NCBI GenBank assembly: GCA_024102635.1
Contig: JAGFJO010000078.1
Coordinates: forward strand, 848 to 64,847
Source: Deltaproteobacteria bacterium
GTDB lineage: Bacteria; Bdellovibrionota_C; UBA2361; JAGFJO01
Direction: 5' to 3'
Length of the DNA: 64,000 bases
Shown: one piece after another, positions 35,045-44,996 of the stretch
Layout: the number at the start of each line of letters is the position of its first letter
Numbering within the stretch: position 1 is the stretch's first letter
The notes under the pieces: generated by a model
The model's database searches: none
Seen by the model: the letters and a program-made list of their open reading frames with translations, nothing else
What the model was told of the DNA's origin: nothing
Translations under genes and position numbers: made by a program

Positions 35045-37303
35045 TCATTTAACCATAAAGTTTACCGGGTTCGAGCGCTGCTCACGCGCGCCGTCCCCCG
35101 CTTCACGGACTACCGCCCAAACTGTGTGGCGTCCCGGAGCAATACCCCAACTAAACTTATTGTCGGGCTTAGTGCCTTGCCCCAAAGGAGCGCCATCCAG
35201 AAACCAGGTCACATCTTGATATTGCGCCCCATCTTTAAGCGAGAATGTTATGGCTTCATAGGAATCTGGAATTCTCGGGTCGCGTGCAATGGAGAGTCCA
35301 GCGGTGGGAAAAGCTATGGTTGCCCTTCCGCTCTCATTATCACTTCCAGCAGAGAACAATATCTCCGAATGGTTGCAGTGTCGTTCGGGAAAGGCGTCTT
35401 CTTCAAAGAGCTCATCGATGGCCGGGCACTCATGACTTGCGAGCAGCCCGGTAATGCTACAAACCCGTTCGCGCCTCAAGTTTTCGCTTCTGGCAAGCGC
35501 CTTAGGCTTCGCATATCGCTCCAGCTCATGAAACACAGCTCTCATAAGGAGTCCCGGCCCACTCGTGCTTGTGACATTCCTCATAGGACGCCTGTCCAGG
35601 TTCCCCATCCATATCCCCACGGTGTGGTGGCGGCTATAAGCCAAAGCCCAGAGATCTCTAAAATCGGAGGAGGTGCCGGTTTTTACCGCTACCTGCTGTG
35701 AGAAGGTGAGCAGCCCTGAGCGGCCGAACTCGAAGCGGCGCGCGTTAGAATCTGAAAGTATGTCGGATATAATAGCTGCTACTTGAGGACGAACCATCCT
35801 CCGGCTTTCAACCGGTTTCGACAGCGGAAGCGTGGTGAGATCGGAGAGGCGCCCCTGCCGTGCCAACATTGCATAGCCGCGCACCAGTTCATAGAGCGAA
35901 ACCTCCCCGTTACCTAGAGCAAGCCCTTCGCCGTAGTGTTGCCATGACTGGATCAAGTTTTTAAAGCCCGCTGCTCTTAGAAAATCAAGAAAGTTAGAAG
36001 CTCCTACGAACTGAACGGTGCGTATAGCGGGAGTATTAAGGGAGTTCCCTAGGGCATCTCGCAAGCGCACCGGACCGTAAAATATCCGGCTATAGTTACG
36101 GTACGAGTGCGCTCCGCTTCCTACAGCCTGCACCAGCGGAGAGTCTTCAATTACCTCGGCAGCCGTCCAACCCTTTTCAAGCGCCAGCGCGTAAAGAAAC
36201 GGCTTTAGAGTGCTTCCCGGCTGGCGCGGCGCGAGCACGGCATCAATGTAGCTGCCTTCCTGCGCTTCATCCGGCTTCCCGGCATTGACCCAAGCCAGAA
36301 TCTCTCCGCTTTGGTTGTCGACTATTACCATCGCCCCATCACGCACGTTCGAATCTTTAAGGCGTGCTATCTGCCCTTCCAGAAGCTCCTGGGATTTTTT
36401 TTGGAGCGCCGAATCAAGCGAAGTAATAAGCCGCCCTGATTTAGTAGCCGCTGAGTGCTCATCGGATGAGCTGCTTACAAATCGAACAAATTGGCTGGCA
36501 TCAACTCGAAGCTCATCGGCTCCCAGCTCAAGCGGCTGCTGCTCCATCTGGGTGCACTCGTCTTTTGTCGCGTAACCTCGCGCCGCTATTCTGCGGCAAA
36601 GATTGGAGATGATTTTGTCGAGCGCCTTGCCGCCGGAATATGGATTAAGTCTACTGGGGGCACGTACCAAAACAACAAGCGCCAGCATCTCTTTTTTGTT
36701 AAGCGTCGATAGATCGCGGTTGAAGTAATAACGCGCAGCTTGCTGCACTCCCCGCCGGTTTGAGCCGTACGGCACTTCATTAAGGTAAAACTCCAGTATC
36801 TCGTTCTTGCTGAAACGGCGCTCGAAGCGCGACGCTTCCCAGCCCTCGAGCCAGCGGGCCCAAAGAGATCTCTTTCTGGGGCGAAGGATACGCACAGCCT
36901 GTTCAGTAATGGTGCTTGCCCCGCGCACCACTTTTAAACTTCTAATGTTTTGCAAAGCCGCAGAGAGCCGCGCCAGCCAATCAACGCCGTCATGTTGGTA
37001 GAAGCGCTTATCCTCGCTTAAGACGAATGCTTCCCGTAAGAATGGAGGAAGTGCGTGAATCGGTATGAAATCATGGTAATTGAGGGAATTTTGATAAGTG
37101 ACAGATAGCGGCATGCCGTTTCTGTCACTGATGGAGAGCTTGGCGAATTTCGGAGCCTCCGGCAGCAGAGTTTCGGGGGCGGGAGTAAGCGCAAGATGTG
37201 TAGAGACTACTAGCAGCGCAGCGCCCGATACCATAACGGAAGCTGCGATTATCCATGCTTTGGCAGCAAAAACGGTTCTTATCATCGCCAATTCGCGGGC
37301 CAT
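35045..37303 (-). CDS. pbpC: Penicillin-binding protein 1C (bifunctional GT51 transglycosylase / transpeptidase with PBP1C C-terminal domain)
   Basis: GT51 motifs [13 protein letters not shown] and RGASTITEQ. Transpeptidase SxxK motif in STLKP. Length ~750 aa with the typical C-terminal extension. Confidence 0.85.
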   Translation of the reverse strand: MARELAMIRTVFAAKAWIIAASVMVSGAALLVVSTHLALTPAPETLLPEAPKFAKLSISDRNGMPLSVTYQNSLNYHDFIPIHALPPFLREAFVLSEDKRFYQHDGVDWLARLSAALQNIRSLKVVRGASTITEQAVRILRPRKRSLWARWLEGWEASRFERRFSKNEILEFYLNEVPYGSNRRGVQQAARYYFNRDLSTLNKKEMLALVVLVRAPSRLNPYSGGKALDKIISNLCRRIAARGYATKDECTQMEQQPLELGADELRVDASQFVRFVSSSSDEHSAATKSGRLITSLDSALQKKSQELLEGQIARLKDSNVRDGAMVIVDNQSGEILAWVNAGKPDEAQEGSYIDAVLAPRQPGSTLKPFLYALALEKGWTAAEVIEDSPLVQAVGSGAHSYRNYSRIFYGPVRLRDALGNSLNTPAIRTVQFVGASNFLDFLRAAGFKNLIQSWQHYGEGLALGNGEVSLYELVRGYAMLARQGRLSDLTTLPLSKPVESRRMVRPQVAAIISDILSDSNARRFEFGRSGLLTFSQQVAVKTGTSSDFRDLWALAYSRHHTVGIWMGNLDRRPMRNVTSTSGPGLLMRAVFHELERYAKPKALARSENLRRERVCSITGLLASHECPAIDELFEEDAFPERHCNHSEILFSAGSDNESGRATIAFPTAGLSIARDPRIPDSYEAITFSLKDGAQYQDVTWFLDGAPLGQGTKPDNKFSWGIAPGRHTVWAVVREAGDGAREQRSNPVNFMVK

Positions 37304-37389
37304 CTGAAACTAGAGAGATTAAAGCACACCCCTCGCTTTACTTCCATTTAAAGGGTGCGGCTTAGCGGTAGATCTACGCGGCGCGAAGG

Positions 37390-38802
37390 TTGCCAAGAGC
37401 GGGGAGCGGTGAAATAATACCGCCGAATTTAGACGGCCAAAAAATCGTGCATAAAAAGCTAATCGTTCTCGCCTTTATTCTTCTTGGCGCGGCTGCGGTC
37501 GCAGCCTACGGCCCGTGGTCTCCAGGGAGCCTCTCCTCCGGAAAAAAGCAGAATGTTCTAATAATATTGATAGACACCTTGAGAGCTGACCATCTTGGTC
37601 ATCACGGCTATGAGCGCGACACGTCGCCTAACCTTGATAAGTTCGCCTCTGAAAATATGAATTTTAGTTATGGAGTCTCACCCTCTGCATGGACTCCCCC
37701 ATCGGTGGCATCCCTTTTTACCGGGATGTACGCAAGTGTTCATGGCCATATGCCGCTAAAAGAGGGGAAAGGGAGCAAGTTCTCAAAATTGGATGACAGC
37801 TTCACCACCTTGGCTGAGGTGATGAAAGAAGCCGGCTATGACACCGCAGCCATCTCGGCTAATCCCCTTGTGTCGGAGAAGTTCGGCTTACATCAAGGTT
37901 TTAACCTTTTTGTCTCTCCCGGCAGAGAGCTTGCGGAGAAAGTGAATGCGCGGACGCTTAAATATCTTAACGACCTCCGTCCAAAAGATAAGCCTTTCTT
38001 CCTTTATGTCCATTATATGGATCCACACTTCCCGTATGGAGCTCCCGACCAATACAAAGATATGTTTTCCGGGCCTATAAAACTTGAGGGGAGATTTAAG
38101 GGGCGGCAATATGGTAAGCGCGAGCTGCGCTACATGGGGAGATACGACGGCGAGATCCGTTATGTAGATAAATATATTGGAGAGATCTTCTCCTGGTTCA
38201 AAGAGAATAACTTATACGACGATACTACTATCTTTGTTGTCTCGGACCATGGCGAGCAGTTTTATGAGCGTGGACATCTAGGCCATGCCGACAGGCTCTA
38301 CAGCGAGGAGACAAGGGTGCCCTTTATCGTTAAGGCTGCTGGCCGGCGCGAGAAGATAGATACGCCGGTTAGTCTTGTAGATGTCTTTCCAACAGTCTTG
38401 GATATTACCGGAATTAAGAAGCCTAACCCGGTAAATGGTGTCTCTGTAGTAAGTGAGCTTGATAAGCGTAAAAGAGAAGGGGTCCTGACTGAGGTTATAA
38501 GACACTGGAATCAGAAAGCTTTTATTCGGGGAGATGGCCGCAAGATCCTTATTGATTACCCTATGGAGCTCGGGCTCCTGCTCTCTGAGTTTAAAAACAT
38601 CCGCTTTCAGCAGATCTTCGATACAAATACCGACTTCGCAGAGGTTGCGCCGCTCACCGATGAAAGTTTACTCTCTCAGCTGAGTCACGAGTTTCTTGAG
38701 CTGTATGCCAGTGTCATTAAGCTTCGCTCTCAGTATTCTGTGGGCGAAACCGCCGCTGACGAAGAGACCATTAATCAGCTCAAGACGCTTGGCTATCTTT
38801 AG
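37390..38802 (+). CDS. Sulfatase-family enzyme, paralog of 617..2044. It has an N-terminal TM anchor, and W-T-P-P-S replaces the CxPxR motif. The start codon is uncertain (TTG in the ORF track).
   Basis: VLIILIDTLRADHLG, YVHYMDPHFPY and VSDHGEQFYERGHLGHADRLY. The C-terminus ends NQLKTLGYL. Confidence 0.75.
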   Translation: MPRAGSGEIIPPNLDGQKIVHKKLIVLAFILLGAAAVAAYGPWSPGSLSSGKKQNVLIILIDTLRADHLGHHGYERDTSPNLDKFASENMNFSYGVSPSAWTPPSVASLFTGMYASVHGHMPLKEGKGSKFSKLDDSFTTLAEVMKEAGYDTAAISANPLVSEKFGLHQGFNLFVSPGRELAEKVNARTLKYLNDLRPKDKPFFLYVHYMDPHFPYGAPDQYKDMFSGPIKLEGRFKGRQYGKRELRYMGRYDGEIRYVDKYIGEIFSWFKENNLYDDTTIFVVSDHGEQFYERGHLGHADRLYSEETRVPFIVKAAGRREKIDTPVSLVDVFPTVLDITGIKKPNPVNGVSVVSELDKRKREGVLTEVIRHWNQKAFIRGDGRKILIDYPMELGLLLSEFKNIRFQQIFDTNTDFAEVAPLTDESLLSQLSHEFLELYASVIKLRSQYSVGETAADEETINQLKTLGYL

Positions 38803-38835
38803 CCATTAGAACTATTGCATTTACGGATAGTAACG

Positions 38836-40926
38836 ATGAATAGGCATACCTCCGCCCGTCTGCGCAGTTTTTTATTTTTATGCACACTCTTTTCAGCGCT
38901 CTTTGTTCCGCAGGACGCGTTAGCCTACGTCGGTCCTGGCGCGGGCTTTGCCTTTATCGGCTCGGGCTTTGTCTTTATTCTCACCCTTCTTTTAGCTTTA
39001 GTAACAATATCCTTTTGGCCCCTGCAGTGGGCCTGGCGCAAAGCCACTGGAAAGAGAATAAGCAAGAATGCGCGCACAAGGCGCGTGGTGGTGCTCGGCC
39101 TCGATGGCCTTGAGCCAAGCCTCGTGGATAAATTCATCTCTGAGGGAAAGCTTCCTAACCTAAAATCTCTCTCTGAAAACGGCTCTTACAAACGGCTTGG
39201 CACTACCCTTCCAGCTCTCTCACCGGTTGCATGGTCGAGCTTTCAAACAGGAGTAAACCCGGGTGCGCATAATATCTTTGACTTTCTTACCCGAGATAAG
39301 AGGCTCTACCTTCCTAACCTCTCCTCCACTGATACCGAGCTGCCGCCTCCGTTTAAGCTTTTCGGCAGATGGAAGATCGCTTTTCGCCGGCCAAAGGTCC
39401 GCCTTTTAAGAAAGAGTCAGCCTTTCTGGAAAATTCTGGGTAAGCACGGGATTTTTTCCAATGTCATAAGGGTACCTATCTCATATCCGCCGGAGAAATT
39501 TTTCGGAAATGTTCTCTCCGCCATGTGCACACCGGATCTGAGGGGAACTCAGGGTGAGTTCACCGTTTACACCACAGCAAGTGAAAACCGCAATGTTGAT
39601 GAAGGAGAGATAAAGCCGCTAAAGCAGGGCGCCGCAGGGCTTGAAGGCGATCTAATAGGACCTCCACACCCATCGGGCGAGGCCGGGAAACATCTTACAG
39701 CGCGCTTTACCGTAAAGCCGAATAGCGATAACGCCACAGCACTTCTGACACTGGGCGATACTACCGTAACGTTGAAAGTGAATGAGTTCTCAGAGTGGAT
39801 GAATGTCGACTTCCGTTTTGGTCGCTCCAAGATAAGCGGAATCTGCCGCTTTTGCCTAAGAGAGCTCTCCCCTGATGTCAATCTTTATGTCTCTCCTATA
39901 AATATCGATCCTGTAAAACCTGCGCTTCCGATCTCAAGCCCGGTTTATTTCTCGACTTATATAGCAAAAAAGCAGGGCTCCTTCGGCACGCTGGGGCTTA
40001 TGGAGGATACCTGGGGACGAAATGAGCTGGCGCTTGATGACCAGCGCTTTTTAGATCAGACCTACCTTACTCATAGTGAGCGCGAGGAGATGTTCCTTAA
40101 CATGCTTGATAAAACTCGCGAGGGAGTTTGCATCTGTGTTTTTGATGCCAGCGATAGAATTCAGCATATGTTCTGGCGCTATATGGATAAAGAGCACCCA
40201 TCGCCGCTTGAAGATGGAGGAAATTTCGAGCGGGTAATCCCTGAGATGTACGAAAAGATGGATGAGCTAGTGGGCAATGTGCACAAGAGGCTTAACGACG
40301 GCGATGTGCTGATAGTAATGAGCGACCACGGCTTCGCCTCGTTCCGGCGCTGCATTAATATTAATACCTGGCTTATTAAAGAGGGGTACTTGGTGCTAAA
40401 AGACGGCGTTGAGCCTGGGCCTTATCTTCAGGGCGTTGACTGGACCAGGACCAAAGCGTTCGCGCTGGGGCTGGCCGGAATATATCTTAATCGCACGGGG
40501 CGCGAAGCCTCCGGAACAGTAAGTGAACAAGAGGCGGTTAAGCTTAAAGCGGAGATCACATCTAAACTTAAGAGCTTGCGCGATCCGCAGGGAGATAGAG
40601 CCTGCGTGCGGGAAGTTTACGACACAAGCCGCGCATATCGCGGTCTTTATGCTGAAGAGGCGCCGGATCTGATAGTAGGTTATGAGCCTGGCTACAGAGT
40701 CTCTTGGGACTCGGTTAAGGGTGTGATAGAGCCTGAAGTCTTCTCCGACAACCTAAAAGCATGGAGCGGAGACCATCATGTTGATCCCGAGTGCGTTCCG
40801 GGGGTGCTTTTTATTAATCGCAAGGTAGAGCACTCCAGCGCTCACATTGTTGACATTGCACCTACTATATTAGATCTTTTCAGTGTGCCGGTGCCCCCCT
40901 ATATGGAGGGCAAGGTCCTGCTATAA
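38836..40926 (+). CDS. Alkaline-phosphatase-superfamily protein, type I phosphodiesterase/nucleotide pyrophosphatase-like (PF01663-like), with an N-terminal signal/TM region and ~250-aa C-terminal extension
   Basis: VVVLGLDGLEPS...TLPALSPVAWSSFQTGVNPGAHNIFDF, IVMSDHGF and DHHVD motifs. Two N-terminal hydrophobic segments. The ATG at 38836 is preferred over the TTG at 38815. Confidence 0.6.
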   Translation: MNRHTSARLRSFLFLCTLFSALFVPQDALAYVGPGAGFAFIGSGFVFILTLLLALVTISFWPLQWAWRKATGKRISKNARTRRVVVLGLDGLEPSLVDKFISEGKLPNLKSLSENGSYKRLGTTLPALSPVAWSSFQTGVNPGAHNIFDFLTRDKRLYLPNLSSTDTELPPPFKLFGRWKIAFRRPKVRLLRKSQPFWKILGKHGIFSNVIRVPISYPPEKFFGNVLSAMCTPDLRGTQGEFTVYTTASENRNVDEGEIKPLKQGAAGLEGDLIGPPHPSGEAGKHLTARFTVKPNSDNATALLTLGDTTVTLKVNEFSEWMNVDFRFGRSKISGICRFCLRELSPDVNLYVSPINIDPVKPALPISSPVYFSTYIAKKQGSFGTLGLMEDTWGRNELALDDQRFLDQTYLTHSEREEMFLNMLDKTREGVCICVFDASDRIQHMFWRYMDKEHPSPLEDGGNFERVIPEMYEKMDELVGNVHKRLNDGDVLIVMSDHGFASFRRCININTWLIKEGYLVLKDGVEPGPYLQGVDWTRTKAFALGLAGIYLNRTGREASGTVSEQEAVKLKAEITSKLKSLRDPQGDRACVREVYDTSRAYRGLYAEEAPDLIVGYEPGYRVSWDSVKGVIEPEVFSDNLKAWSGDHHVDPECVPGVLFINRKVEHSSAHIVDIAPTILDLFSVPVPPYMEGKVLL

Positions 40927-40956
40927 ACCCAACAAAAACAGATTACTGGAGAGCTT

Positions 40957-41172
40957 ATGTTCGGTCCCAAGATCAAGATTAGACCTGCCTTAATGGAAAA
41001 ACTAAAGCAGGCGGCCGAGATAGTGGGCTGCTCTTCGGTTAACGAGTATGCCGAAAAGGTGTTGGAGAGTGAGAGCGCTAAGGTGCTGGCAAGCTCAGGC
41101 AAATCAGCAATCTCGAAAGAAGCTCTACAGGATATTACCCATAAGCTCAAAGGACTAGGATATCTTGAATGA
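40957..41172 (+). CDS. Small RHH/CopG-like protein (71 aa) with a C-terminal LKGLGYLE tail
   Basis: LMEKLKQAAEIVGCSSVNEYAEKVLESE fits the ribbon-helix-helix pattern. The stop overlaps the TTG start of the next gene. Confidence 0.4.
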   Translation: MFGPKIKIRPALMEKLKQAAEIVGCSSVNEYAEKVLESESAKVLASSGKSAISKEALQDITHKLKGLGYLE

Positions 41173-41998
41173 AATAATCGCCTATCTTAATTCGGCCTTT
41201 GCGTTTCTTCTGGATCTACTCATCTGGCCTCTTAGGGGGCTTCCGGCGGTATGGGGGCTTGTTTTTCTCTCGGCCCTAAGCGGAATTGCGCTGCTTTACT
41301 TTTTCGGCCTTATCTCTAATCAAACCGCAATTAGAAACACCAAAAGAAAGATTCACGCAGCCCTTCTTGAATCGATTCTATTCCGTCACGACATAAAGCT
41401 CTGCCTTGGAGCGCAGGGCCGGATGCTTAAAAGCGCTTGCGTATACTTTGTGCTGGCGCTTGTACCGCTCATGATCCTCTCAATCCCGGCAATTTATTTT
41501 TTGGGCCATCTTAACGCGCGATACAACTCTAGGCCGCTTCAGCCCGGCGAGACAACTCTCGTCGGTATTCAGGTAAAACCTCAAGCGGATCTTTTCAGCT
41601 TTGCTATTAACACCACCGAGGGGCTTGAAAAGGACGCCATGGTAAGAGTGCCGGCAGAGCATCAGGTGGTTTTTAGAGTAAAGGTAGGTCACGACGGAAA
41701 GCAGGCCATCACCATTGAGGATAAAAAAAGCGGCCTAGCCTTATCGAAGCCGCTCTATGTTGGCTCTGCAAGCTCCGGGCTTGAGTCATACAGCTACTCA
41801 ACATGGTGGTGGAGCCTGATGTATCCGGGCGGCGAGATAGTCGGTAAAGCAAAGGATGCTCTTGAGTCTTTCTGGGTCGAGTATCCTGAGAGGGACTACT
41901 CGGTGTTTGGGATTCAGATGCACTGGCTTGTGATATTTCTTATCTTCTCACTCATTAGTGGGCTAATTGCCAGCAGAGTTTTCAAAATCGAGATCTAA
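41165..41998 (+). CDS. Membrane protein (N-terminal 3-4 TM helices, central soluble domain, C-terminal TM helix); TTG start translationally coupled to the preceding RHH-like gene
   Basis: Hydrophobic segments LLDLLIWPLRGLPAVWGLVFLSALSGIALLYFFGLI, YFVLALVPLMILSIPAIYFLGHL and HWLVIFLIFSLISGLIASRVF. Confidence 0.45.
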   Translation: MNEIIAYLNSAFAFLLDLLIWPLRGLPAVWGLVFLSALSGIALLYFFGLISNQTAIRNTKRKIHAALLESILFRHDIKLCLGAQGRMLKSACVYFVLALVPLMILSIPAIYFLGHLNARYNSRPLQPGETTLVGIQVKPQADLFSFAINTTEGLEKDAMVRVPAEHQVVFRVKVGHDGKQAITIEDKKSGLALSKPLYVGSASSGLESYSYSTWWWSLMYPGGEIVGKAKDALESFWVEYPERDYSVFGIQMHWLVIFLIFSLISGLIASRVFKIEI

Positions 41999-42023
41999 GC
42001 GTTTTTAGGGTCTCTTCTCAGGG

Positions 42024-42866
42024 GTGTATTTAAATATGGCTAATAATTTCCTTTTTATCGTATTCGACAGCTGCCGTTTTGACAGCATCATGGCTGCAAA
42101 AACGCCCAACATCTCAAAACTAGGCGAAATAGAAAAACGGTGGGCCTTTGCAAGCTGGACTATGCCGTCTCATGCGGTTTACCTGATGGGGGCAAGCCCG
42201 CACCGCAATCCGCGCGGAGTATTCGCCTCCGAAGTTTACAAGAAAGATTTTATCGGTTGGGCCGACAGGCTCGGAATAGAGGGCGCCAACTTCACGAGCT
42301 TTCTACCGCAGCTATCCGTGCCGGCATTTCTAAAAGAGCAGGGTTACCGCACCAATGCTCTCGTTTCGATGCCGGTTCTTAACCAGACAACTATCCTTAA
42401 TCAGCACTTCGACCGCTACGAGCTGATGGATAGCCACGACGATTTCGGCGCTATAGTGGATCAGGTGACCTTCGACAGCAGGCAGCCATCTTTCTATTTC
42501 ATTAACGTCGGCGAAACCCACTATCCTTTTACGGTAGCTGGAGAAAAAGCTCCTGAACTTCTAAAGGGTCCCTCCGGAGTTTTTAGGCATGAAGGCGACT
42601 ACGGAGTAAATGGCTGCGACAGCTCTAATCCTGATGAGATCTACTTTATGGATAGGATGAAGGCTCTGCATGATAAGCAGATAAAAAACGTAGAGCATCT
42701 TGATGCGCTGTTTGAAAAACTCTACGAAAAAGTCCCCAAGAACACTCACATCGTTGTCACGGCTGACCACGGCGAATGCTTCGGCGAAGAGGGCTTTTTC
42801 GGGCACGGTCCGATTGTGCATGAAAAAGTATTCGAGGTATTTTTAGTAGAAGGAAAGATTAAATAG
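42024..42866 (+). CDS. Short sulfatase-like / alkaline phosphatase superfamily protein without signal peptide
   Basis: FIVFDSCRFDS (metal-binding Asp region) and TADHGECFGEEGFFGHGP resemble the sulfatase N- and C-motifs. Only 280 aa. Confidence 0.5.
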   Translation: MYLNMANNFLFIVFDSCRFDSIMAAKTPNISKLGEIEKRWAFASWTMPSHAVYLMGASPHRNPRGVFASEVYKKDFIGWADRLGIEGANFTSFLPQLSVPAFLKEQGYRTNALVSMPVLNQTTILNQHFDRYELMDSHDDFGAIVDQVTFDSRQPSFYFINVGETHYPFTVAGEKAPELLKGPSGVFRHEGDYGVNGCDSSNPDEIYFMDRMKALHDKQIKNVEHLDALFEKLYEKVPKNTHIVVTADHGECFGEEGFFGHGPIVHEKVFEVFLVEGKIK

Positions 42867-42873
42867 TCGTTCT

Positions 42874-44880
42874 ATGGCAAAGCGAATCACAAGAAGAAGC
42901 TTTCTAAAAAAATCTGCCTTGGGGCTTGCCGCTCTAGGAAGCGCGGGTTTTGCAGGGGGCGGGCGCCGCATAAGTGCTCCTCACGTTAAAAACTCTAAGA
43001 TCTCCGATAGAATGATAATTATCGGAATCGACGGCATGGACCCCAAGTTCCTCCACCGTTTCATCGAGAGCGGTGATATGCCGAACTTCAAGAAGTTAAT
43101 GGAGAAGGGGTACTACAGCAAACTCCAAACCACTATGCCGCCTCAAACTCCGGTGGCATGGGCAAGTTTTATTACCGGGACAGATCCCGGCGGGAATGGA
43201 ATCTTCGATTTCATCCATCGAGACCCGTCGAAGTTTTTACCGTACCTCTCGACCTCCCGCTCTTATGATTCAGAGAAGAAAATTAATCTGGGAAAGTACT
43301 CCATCCCCCTGGATAGCGGACGGGTAGAGTTGATGCGGCGCGGCCGCGCTTTTTGGTCGGTGCTGGATGAGTATGATGTACCGGCGACAGTTTTTCAGAT
43401 CCCCTCGGCCTTTCCGGTTGAAGAGGATAGCAGAAGCCGCATAGTAAGCGGGGCGGGCACACCGGACCTTCTCGGCTCTTATGGGACTGCCACGGTACTC
43501 TCCGAGCGCGGAGAGTCCGGCAAGGATAGCTCAAGCAGCAGAACCGTGGTCGCAAAACCGGTTAACCATGAATTTGTATTTAAAATAAACGGGCCGGCTA
43601 ACTCTTTTAGGACAGATAACGCAGTAACAGAGAGCGAGGTTCGGGTACAGAGAGATCCTACCGAGCCGACGGTGAGAATTAAAGTAAGCGACCAAGAGGT
43701 AATTCTAAAGCAGGGCGAGTGGTCTGACTGGCTGCCGCTCCGTTTCGCACTGCTCGAGCCCCTTATGGCGATGCAGGGGATGGTGCGTATCTTTGTTAAA
43801 GAGGTTCATCCATACTTTAAAGCTTACGTATCGCCGATCAACATTGATCCCACTGAGCCGATACTGCCGATCTCTTCGCCGTCAGATTTCGCGGCGGAGA
43901 TAGCTAAAAAGGTGGGGCGCTACTACACCCAAGGCTTCCCGGCCGATACCAAATCTCTGTCACACGCGCTTCTAAGCGATGAGGAATATTTCCAGCAAGC
44001 GCGCATAGTGCTTGAAGAGAATGAGCGGGCCCTTGATTACCTCTTGAACGACCATGATGACGGACTGCTCTATTTTTACTTCTCAAATCTGGACCAGAAC
44101 ACTCACATGTTCTGGCGCTTGATGGATGAAACCCACCCACAGTATGAGCCGAACGCCAGCCCGGAGATGAAGGGCGCTATTAAGTTCTTTTACAAACGGA
44201 TGGATGAGGCTCTGGGCAGAGTTATGGCGAAGGTCAATAACTACACCACTCTTATGGTGCTCTCCGACCACGGCTTTGTCCCTTTTACCCGTGAGTTCCA
44301 TGCCAGCACATGGCTTACTGAGAACGGCTATACGAAGTTCTTCAATCCTAAAAAGATGGAGGAGGCTAAGTTTTTTAGCGGCGTGGATTGGTCGCGTACC
44401 AAGGCTTACGCGCTTGGCCTTAACGGCATATACATAAATCTTAAAGGGCGCGAGAAAAACGGCATCGTCTCGGCCGCCGAAGCTAAAGCCCTTAAGCGTG
44501 AATTAATACAGAAACTCTCGGAGCTCACCGATCCGCAGACCGGCCAGAAGCTTTGCGTAGGGGTCTATGATTCCGAAGATATCTACTCCGAGGCTCATAG
44601 GGAATTGGCGCCCGATATTATGGTCGGATACAGCAGCGGCTATCGTATCTCGGATCCAGGCGCATTCGGTGAATTTCCAAGGGGAGCCTTCGGCGATAGG
44701 ACCGATAAATGGTCCGCGGATCACTGCCTTGATCCCTCGCTAGTTCCGGGCGTTCTACTCACTAACCGTGAGATAACACTTAAAGACCCGGGCCTTTGGG
44801 ATATGGCGCCAAGCATCTTGCAGTGCTTCTCAATCAAAGCACCCCCTGAGATGACAGGGAAACCGATCTTTAAGGCATAG
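42874..44880 (+). CDS. Tat-secreted alkaline-phosphatase-superfamily protein (PF01663-like), paralog of 38836..40926
   Basis: Twin-arginine signal RRSFLKKSALGLAALGSAG. MIIIGIDGMDP...TMPPQTPVAWASFITGTDPGGNGIFDF, VLSDHGF and DHCLD motifs. Confidence 0.65.
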   Translation: MAKRITRRSFLKKSALGLAALGSAGFAGGGRRISAPHVKNSKISDRMIIIGIDGMDPKFLHRFIESGDMPNFKKLMEKGYYSKLQTTMPPQTPVAWASFITGTDPGGNGIFDFIHRDPSKFLPYLSTSRSYDSEKKINLGKYSIPLDSGRVELMRRGRAFWSVLDEYDVPATVFQIPSAFPVEEDSRSRIVSGAGTPDLLGSYGTATVLSERGESGKDSSSSRTVVAKPVNHEFVFKINGPANSFRTDNAVTESEVRVQRDPTEPTVRIKVSDQEVILKQGEWSDWLPLRFALLEPLMAMQGMVRIFVKEVHPYFKAYVSPINIDPTEPILPISSPSDFAAEIAKKVGRYYTQGFPADTKSLSHALLSDEEYFQQARIVLEENERALDYLLNDHDDGLLYFYFSNLDQNTHMFWRLMDETHPQYEPNASPEMKGAIKFFYKRMDEALGRVMAKVNNYTTLMVLSDHGFVPFTREFHASTWLTENGYTKFFNPKKMEEAKFFSGVDWSRTKAYALGLNGIYINLKGREKNGIVSAAEAKALKRELIQKLSELTDPQTGQKLCVGVYDSEDIYSEAHRELAPDIMVGYSSGYRISDPGAFGEFPRGAFGDRTDKWSADHCLDPSLVPGVLLTNREITLKDPGLWDMAPSILQCFSIKAPPEMTGKPIFKA

Positions 44881-44885
44881 CTTAC

Positions 44886-44950
44886 TTAGCTTATTCTATT
44901 CATGCAGCAACGAAAGGACGCCGGGGACCGCACCTTGTGGTGGGGCCCCC
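44886..44950. other. GC-rich nested inverted repeat between convergent genes
   Basis: gcaacgaaagg ... ccttcgttgc encloses ccggggacc...ggcccccgg. No U-tract follows. Confidence 0.3.
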
Positions 44951-44996
44951 GGGCGAACCTTCGTTGCAAGTCAGCGCCCTGCCCGCAAGAGAGCAC

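Noticed and set aside
35030-35701. 223-aa + strand ORF
   Set aside because: It is entirely antisense to the well-supported pbpC gene.
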